NCBI RefSeq assembly: GCF_964355755.1
Contig: NC_092672.1
Location: forward strand, 6,386,001-6,450,000
From: Antedon mediterranea
Taxonomy: Eukaryota > Animalia > Echinodermata
Length of the DNA stretch: 64,000 bases
Direction of reading: 5' to 3'
The position numbers and the translations under genes are program-made. The notes under the pieces were generated by a model. It made no database searches. It had not been told where the DNA came from and was given only the letters and a program-made list of their open reading frames with translations. Of the stretch, positions 54,219 to 64,000 are shown one piece after another; the stretch's first letter is position 1; each line of letters opens with the position of its first letter.

Positions 54219-54481
54219 CATATTCGTAAAATCACATATATCATTTACCAACCAAAGTAAAGATTACAATTGTCTATTTTAAAAATATTGAACCCAAAAT
54301 TTGTTACCAAAAATATAGTATTTGTAATAAAAGTACAATTAACAGTATTTTATTTTCAAAAATAGTATCATGAATATTTAGTAGTTATACAAAATTAGAG
54401 GGCGGCAAACACAAAAAATTGTTCATCAGATGCTCAATCACGCATTTCATTGGTCTTTTGTTTGCGATACACCTTATTGGC

Positions 54482-55357
54482 TGTCTACATTATATTCATG
54501 AAGTCTACGTTATATTCATGAGGTAGGTCAAAGTCTACGTTATATTCATGAAGTAGGTTAAAGTCTACGTTATATTCATGAGAATTACTGTAGACTACCC
54601 AATCATAGCAGCACGCAGTAGGTACAGTACTTACAGCATGGAGCGGATCCTATTGGTAAACAGTCTATGTTATATTCATGAGTTAAGTCAGAGTCTACGT
54701 TATATTCATGAGGTCTACGTTAAACTACCCAATCACAGAAGGGTCACAGTGACTCTATTTAAAAGTCTACGTTATATTCATGAGTTAAGTCAGAGTCTAC
54801 GTTATATTCATGAGGTCTACGTTAAACTACCCAATCACAGAAGGGTCACAGTGACCCTATTTAAAAGTCTACGTTATATTCATGAGTTAATTGTCAGAGT
54901 CTACGTTATATTCATGAGGTCTACGTTAAACTACCCAATCACAGAAGGGTCACAGTGACTCTATTTAAAAGTCTACGTTATATTCATGAGTTAAGTCAGA
55001 GTCTACGTTATATTCATGAGTTAAGTCAGAGTCTACGTTATATTCATGAGGTCTACGTTAAACTACCCAATCACAGCAGGGTCACAAGACACAGTGACCC
55101 TATTTAAACGTCTACGTTATATTCATGAGTTAAGTTAGAGTCTACGTTATATTCATGAAGTCTACGTTAAACTACCCAATCACAGAAGGGTCACAGTGAC
55201 CCTATTTAAAAGTTATATTCATGAGTTAAGTCAGAGTCAAAGTTATATTCATGAGGTCTATGTTAAACTACCCAATCACAGCAGGGTCACAGTGATCCTA
55301 TTTAAATGTCTACGTTATATTCATGAGTTTAATCAGAGTCCAAGTTATATTCATGAA
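54482..55357. repeat. Hierarchical tandem array (~20-30-bp subunits within ~100-bp units) of promoter-like motifs
   Basis: About 19 copies of (GTCTACGT)TATATTCATGA and 6-7 copies of ACTACCCAATCACAG(A/C)AGGGTCACAGTGA.(C/T)CTATTTAAA. Confidence 0.9.
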
Positions 55358-55402
55358 ATGTGGTCATTCTGTCCAATCGAAGGGGTTTGTTGTTGACATA
55401 CT

Positions 55403-56255
55403 ATAATAATAATAATAAGATTTTTATAGCGCACATACCACTCCAGAGTGCTCAAGGCGCATTTAAAAAGAAATTAAAAAAAATAAATCATACAAATTCC
55501 TGACAAATAAAATGCAATTTCTTTGGAGGGTCCCCATCTGTTGTCGTTCTGTCGCGGTCCCGGACCCCTACCTAGGTGACCAAACAAAGGAGCAGGATAC
55601 ACATTTGCCTTGCCACAGACGACCGGGTGCTCAGAGACAACAACCAAGACAGAGGCACCCCAAAGATAATGCAAAGGAAAAGGTATCAAAACAATTCTAA
55701 GTCTAAAAAACTTTAAGAAACCTCATTATTTCCACATGCCTTAATGAATAAATGTGTTTATAGAGCTCGGTAGAGCATTCCACAGACGAGGAGCAGTAAC
55801 GGAGAATGCTCTGTCTCCCCATGAGTGGTGAGACTTAGGCTGATGTAGAAGCAGCGAGTCACTAGAACGCAGATTACATCCGGGAACATACAGCCTAAGC
55901 ATGTCAGAAATATATTCAGGAGCCATGCCAAAGAGTAATATTTTAAAAACAATGTGGTACCTAACAGGGAGCCAATGCAATATTTCCAAAGTATTTGATA
56001 TGTGTCCATATCTTGGTAATTTTTTAACAACTCGTGCCGCTGTATTTTGAATCAGTTGGAGCCTGTGGAGTTGTTTTTGTGGTAGCCCGTGTAGCAAAGA
56101 GTTTCCCATATCCAGTCGTGAAGTGACAAAAGCATGAACAAGTTGTTTAGCTGCTGTCTCATTTATAAACTTGCGAATCCTTTGGATGTTTCGCAAGTGA
56201 AAAGACGACGCAGAAATAGTTTTTGAGATATGAGAAATCATAGTCATACCCACAT
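55403..56255 (-). mobile_element. 5'-truncated L2/CR1-group LINE (RT C-terminal ORF remnant 55741-56255 plus 3' tail)
   Basis: HLRNIQRIRKFI..AKQLVHAFVTSRLD.GNSLL.GLP..LQLIQN.AAR..LHWLPV..GDRAFSV.APRLWNALP; 3' tail GCGCCTTGAGCAC...GCGCTATAAAAATC(TTA)n. Confidence 0.9.
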
Positions 56256-57283
56256 CCACTATACAGTTCAGTAGCACATTGTACAAAATAGAATTATACT
56301 AAATTAATATAGCATTTGGAGGAATTTCTAATATAGATCTTGCCCTACAGCTCATTATTATTTATTTACTGTAACATTATTTTACATATTTTTTTGTAAT
56401 GTGTTCATAAATTGTGATATTAAATCAAATCATAATAGCAATCATTCAATGATTTTGATCGATTTACCACTATCAGACGTAATACAGAAAGGATAACTAT
56501 ACAGAAGCCTCAAGTGTACATACAATTTTTATTTGAATTTTTGTGTTCCAACAGTATACTTCACTAAAACAAATATAATAAAATACAAATGTCTATGTAA
56601 CACTATGAATCATAACACCCATGTTTTTCCATTATTTATCCCGCACAGTTTGGGAATTACTTGTGTGTTGTGGTACAGTGTACAAAAATATTACAGCATC
56701 TACAAGGCACATCATAGAATGTGTAATAGAATGTACATTATGTCTGTTTATCAACTGAACTGCAAGGTACAACTAAGGATTTATAATAGTGCTGGCTGGA
56801 GCGATATCTTTCACCCAGCCTATTTAGCCCACTTTAATTACAACACAGCACCCATTGCAGAAATACAATTCAATTCAAAATTCTTTAATCATCCCACACG
56901 GGGCAATTCAAATAAAAAGGTCTGGATTAAAATGATCTTACAAAATATAAAAAATATCACAATACACAGTACAATATAACAAGAGTCAAATTTCAAGAAT
57001 GTTATATACTGTATGTTGCCATCCACCCTTAACTTCTTTTTACACCTACTCTCTGCACTCTAGTTACACATAACATGTACTGCAACACTATCTTATTTGA
57101 ACAGCATCAGTATTGTAACATGCTGTATTTTGTATTATTTTTATTTATAATAACACAGCTTTTCAAACAGATATTTTTGTTGTTTGACTCCTCCATCATC
57201 ATCAAATTCATATTGTGTGTATACAGCATCATGATAACAGGTGTGTGATCATTCAAAACACCAACAATAAATCCAATAAGCTG

Positions 57284-58263
57284 TCATTTCTTGGAATACT
57301 GTAATTAAAACAAAACAAAATTAGTTTAATTATAATATTAATATATAATATAATACAGCATACTGTACAACAAATATAGCAACAAGTAATTTCACTCTTT
57401 CCTGGTTGAAAAAAAAAGTTTAACAATAATACAAATATATTGTTTGAAGGTTTGCATGGTGAAATAAAATGTTGATATAAAGTTTGCAGAGACTCCGATG
57501 TTATCCCAAGACAAGAGCCCGGAATATTCCCAGTTTCATGAACTTTCTGCACTCTCACTCCTGAGGACGATCAAAGCATATTAATCGAAACATGGAGAAA
57601 CTCAACAGTTCTTTTCAGAACATACGTTGTGTACCGCAAATTTTATATCAACAATAATACCAAAAATTGAACTAGTGCAGCCAGTAGATATACCTTATTA
57701 ACAATCCATTCAGCATCAGCAATAGATCTTGATATAATCTGCTTTATTCTATCAGGATCCGTTTCATCTACATGACTGTTATAACCCTACAGAAAAGAAT
57801 CAAATACAGTATTATATATTATCGAATTGGTAATGGCTAAAAACATTCATTGTAGGCTCGACACTTTCCTGTTCTTCATGTGTTGTAAATAGTGCATTAT
57901 TATTATTAACAACTGGGCAGCATCTGTGCAAATAATGTGTTCATGACGACAGGTGATAGGGGTGTAGTGTTAAATTTGCCTTCTTTTCTCCTTTGATACA
58001 GGCGCGCATACCAATTACTGTATAAGCTAGGCCTGGCTAGGGACATGAATGAGGCACTATCAGCGCTGGGAAGGCCAATCAATCAGGCTTAACGTCCGGG
58101 TTGTTGCATACACCACCAGCTAGGCCTAACTTTATGAAATAATACAAACCTGTCTAATTGCGTGTTTATAGTGACTCTGTGCTTCTGACGGCAACTTTTT
58201 GCATTCTCTTAACAGATATTTATACAGCTGTAAGGAATTTGTGATGGTTATTTTCGACGGCAT
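57284..58263 (-). CDS. LYRM9: LYR motif-containing protein 9, 73 aa; exons 58150-58263, 57694-57786, 57284-57298
   Basis: Spliced translation MPSKITITNSLQLYKYLLRECKKLPSEAQSHYKHAIRQ|GYNSHVDETDPDRIKQIISRSIADAEWIVNK|YSKK* closely follows LYRM9 (LQLYRYLLR..HYKHAVRQ..H.DE..PERIQQII.RAI.DADWI.NKY). Both introns are GT-AG, phase 0. Confidence 0.9.
57470..57653 (+). mobile_element. Short Penelope-like element with inverted ends and a hammerhead-ribozyme-like core
   Basis: 18-bp inverted ends TGTTGATATAAA(G/A)TTTGC; internal CTCC-TGAGGA-CGAT-loop-ATC-GAAAC-AT-GGAG at ~57558-57597. Confidence 0.5.
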
Positions 58264-59060
58264 TTTATCACGTTTTCATCATGATTTTATAAGTTTGCAA
58301 GCTCACACCGTGACCTCTATGAATCTTGACCTTTTTTCAACCAATCACACACAACAAAAAACCGACCCTGGATCTTCTCATACTCGCACAACAAATCCGC
58401 AAAAACTATATGGGTTGCTGCAGTAGAAATTGTCTGCCAACATTTTAATATTTTTACCTTTATTCCATAAAAAAATTATACTAAAAATAAACAATATAAA
58501 CGAAGATAGACCCAAAGATAACTAAGATATTTCACAGATAATTGTCATAGGGCCTAGAATATTACTTTTCAACAGTAATACATTACAACATTTCATGAAC
58601 TATATTTGATCATTTATAAATAGTATTATTTATATACCAGTATAGTAAAATATGTTAAGTACAAAGAAAATATAAATTAAAATATCTAAAATTGACATTT
58701 TTGTGGGCCTACTATACTATATTATGCAGACTATTTTAACCAAAGAATGTAAAACCTATTAATTTCAAATATTACAGTGATCCTGTAACAGTTTTTATTA
58801 ATAATTATTTGTTATTCTGATTTTATACTTATGTAAGTAACAATGATCTGAAAAACATGTTTTTAAAAATTACTATACTAAATCACAAACATTGATTACA
58901 TTTTTTATGTGACATATAACTTGATTTATTTATTTTTGAGGATATTGATATTAATTTAATACTGTATTAATATATTTTTATATATATAATAGTGCATTTC
59001 ACAAACATTGTCATCTCAATCTCATTTCTTCAATTATCTTTTACAGTAGTGTAAATTACA

Positions 59061-59218
59061 AAGTATAGTCGTTATCTCGGGACCGTTCTATGGTTACCAC
59101 CAGGTAGGCTTACTTCATCAAAGCTTCTATGAATGGATGTACTGGTTGGGAGCAGAAAAACTAGTAGACCATACCCAGTACCATTTTGATTACGATCAAT
59201 CGGGAAATTACCTCACGA
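59061..59218. mobile_element. Second, truncated copy of the 17901 element, again flanked by a long direct duplication
   Basis: Near-identical reverse complement of 17901-18058. Flanks 59000-59062 and 59219-59328 are duplicates; the left copy lacks ~41 nt. Confidence 0.75.
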
Positions 59219-59424
59219 CACAAACATTGTCATCTCAATGCGCTGGATATGTGCAGCTTTATTATGTATAATACATATAGCTCATTTCTTCAATTATCTT
59301 TTACATACAGTAGTGTGTAAATTACAAATTTCTTTATAATCATACATAAACAGCACCTACTTACACTCAACTTATAACATATATAATGCAAATTAGACTG
59401 ATCATTGTACTAAAGACAATAGGT

Positions 59425-59500
59425 AGAGGTGAAAGCATTGTAGGTCAGAGGTGAAAGCATTGTAGGTCAAAGGTGAAAGCATTGTAGTCAGAGGTGAAAG
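59425..59500. repeat. ~22-bp minisatellite (AGAGGTGAAAGCATTGTAGGTC)x~4
   Basis: Direct tandem copies. Confidence 0.8.
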
Positions 59501-59777
59501 TGTAGCATTCATAATTGTAGAGTGGCTAAGTGATTAAAAAGACACATGCGCCCTTTAGGACACCCCTGTTCAGACGACACCCCTAGAGTAGACACTTTTT
59601 TCGTTTCTGGGGTTTTAAAAATATTAAGGAAACTCTTTATTGGATCGTCCACTTAGTAGGGGTTCTGTATGTGATGATCTGTGAATTTGGGGTATTCATA
59701 ATACTGATTTGCATATCATATGCATATGCGCTTTTTTCTTCATTGGTGATTCTTCTGTGATTGTCCCAAACAAGATG

Positions 59778-63751
<3,974 letters not shown>

Positions 63752-64000
63752 CTATACAGAAACAGTGGAGTTAGTTACAAATTAATGGAGACTTAAGCTC
63801 TGTCTACACTATTAAACTAGTTTGTCAAATAAGCGTGATGTGCTCGAATATGGAAGTGATATACCCAAATATGGTAGTGATATGACATCATTGTCCATAT
63901 ATGGGCACATCACATTTTTTTGTCACATAAAGTTTGATAGTATTGACAGAGCTTTACTTTTGAACTTGAAGTCTCTGAAAATCATAAACTCCATTTGTTG

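Noticed and set aside
54482-55357. CRISPR-like array, and ORFs 54578-54958 and 55196-55396
   Set aside because: The intervening segments are themselves repeated rather than unique spacers, there are no cas genes, and the context is eukaryotic. The ORFs are translations of the tandem units.
56533-56979. 148-aa plus-strand ORF
   Set aside because: Non-ATG start, no recognisable motif, AT-biased composition; probably antisense to the LYRM9 3'UTR.

Overview
AT-rich, intron- and repeat-rich animal genomic DNA; protein and snRNA features suggest an invertebrate, possibly an echinoderm (inference only). Four spliced protein genes could be assembled by hand from GT-AG sites and reading phase: SLC35E4-like (+, 2 coding exons, 1588-2678), SFSWAP (-, 16 coding exons, 10395-53162, ~960 aa, 21-kb intron 2), LYRM9 (-, 3 exons, 57284-58263, missed by the ORF track) and the 3' end of BLTP2/KIAA0100 (-, 10 exons, 59778-63751, continuing past the window). 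The most notable feature is a sequence-divergent but structurally intact U1 snRNA gene (-, ~53992-54158), about 0.8 kb upstream of and co-oriented with the splicing regulator SFSWAP. Upstream of it lies a ~0.9-kb tandem array of octamer-like/CCAAT/TATA-like modules. Other observations: a young short element flanked at both copies by 60-110-bp host duplications, a three-level nested DNA-transposon complex in SFSWAP intron 2, a Penelope-type hammerhead-like motif in a LYRM9 intron, candidate poison exons in SFSWAP, and many MITEs, SINEs, LINE remnants and minisatellites. All coordinates and homologies were read by eye and recalled from memory; none is database-confirmed.
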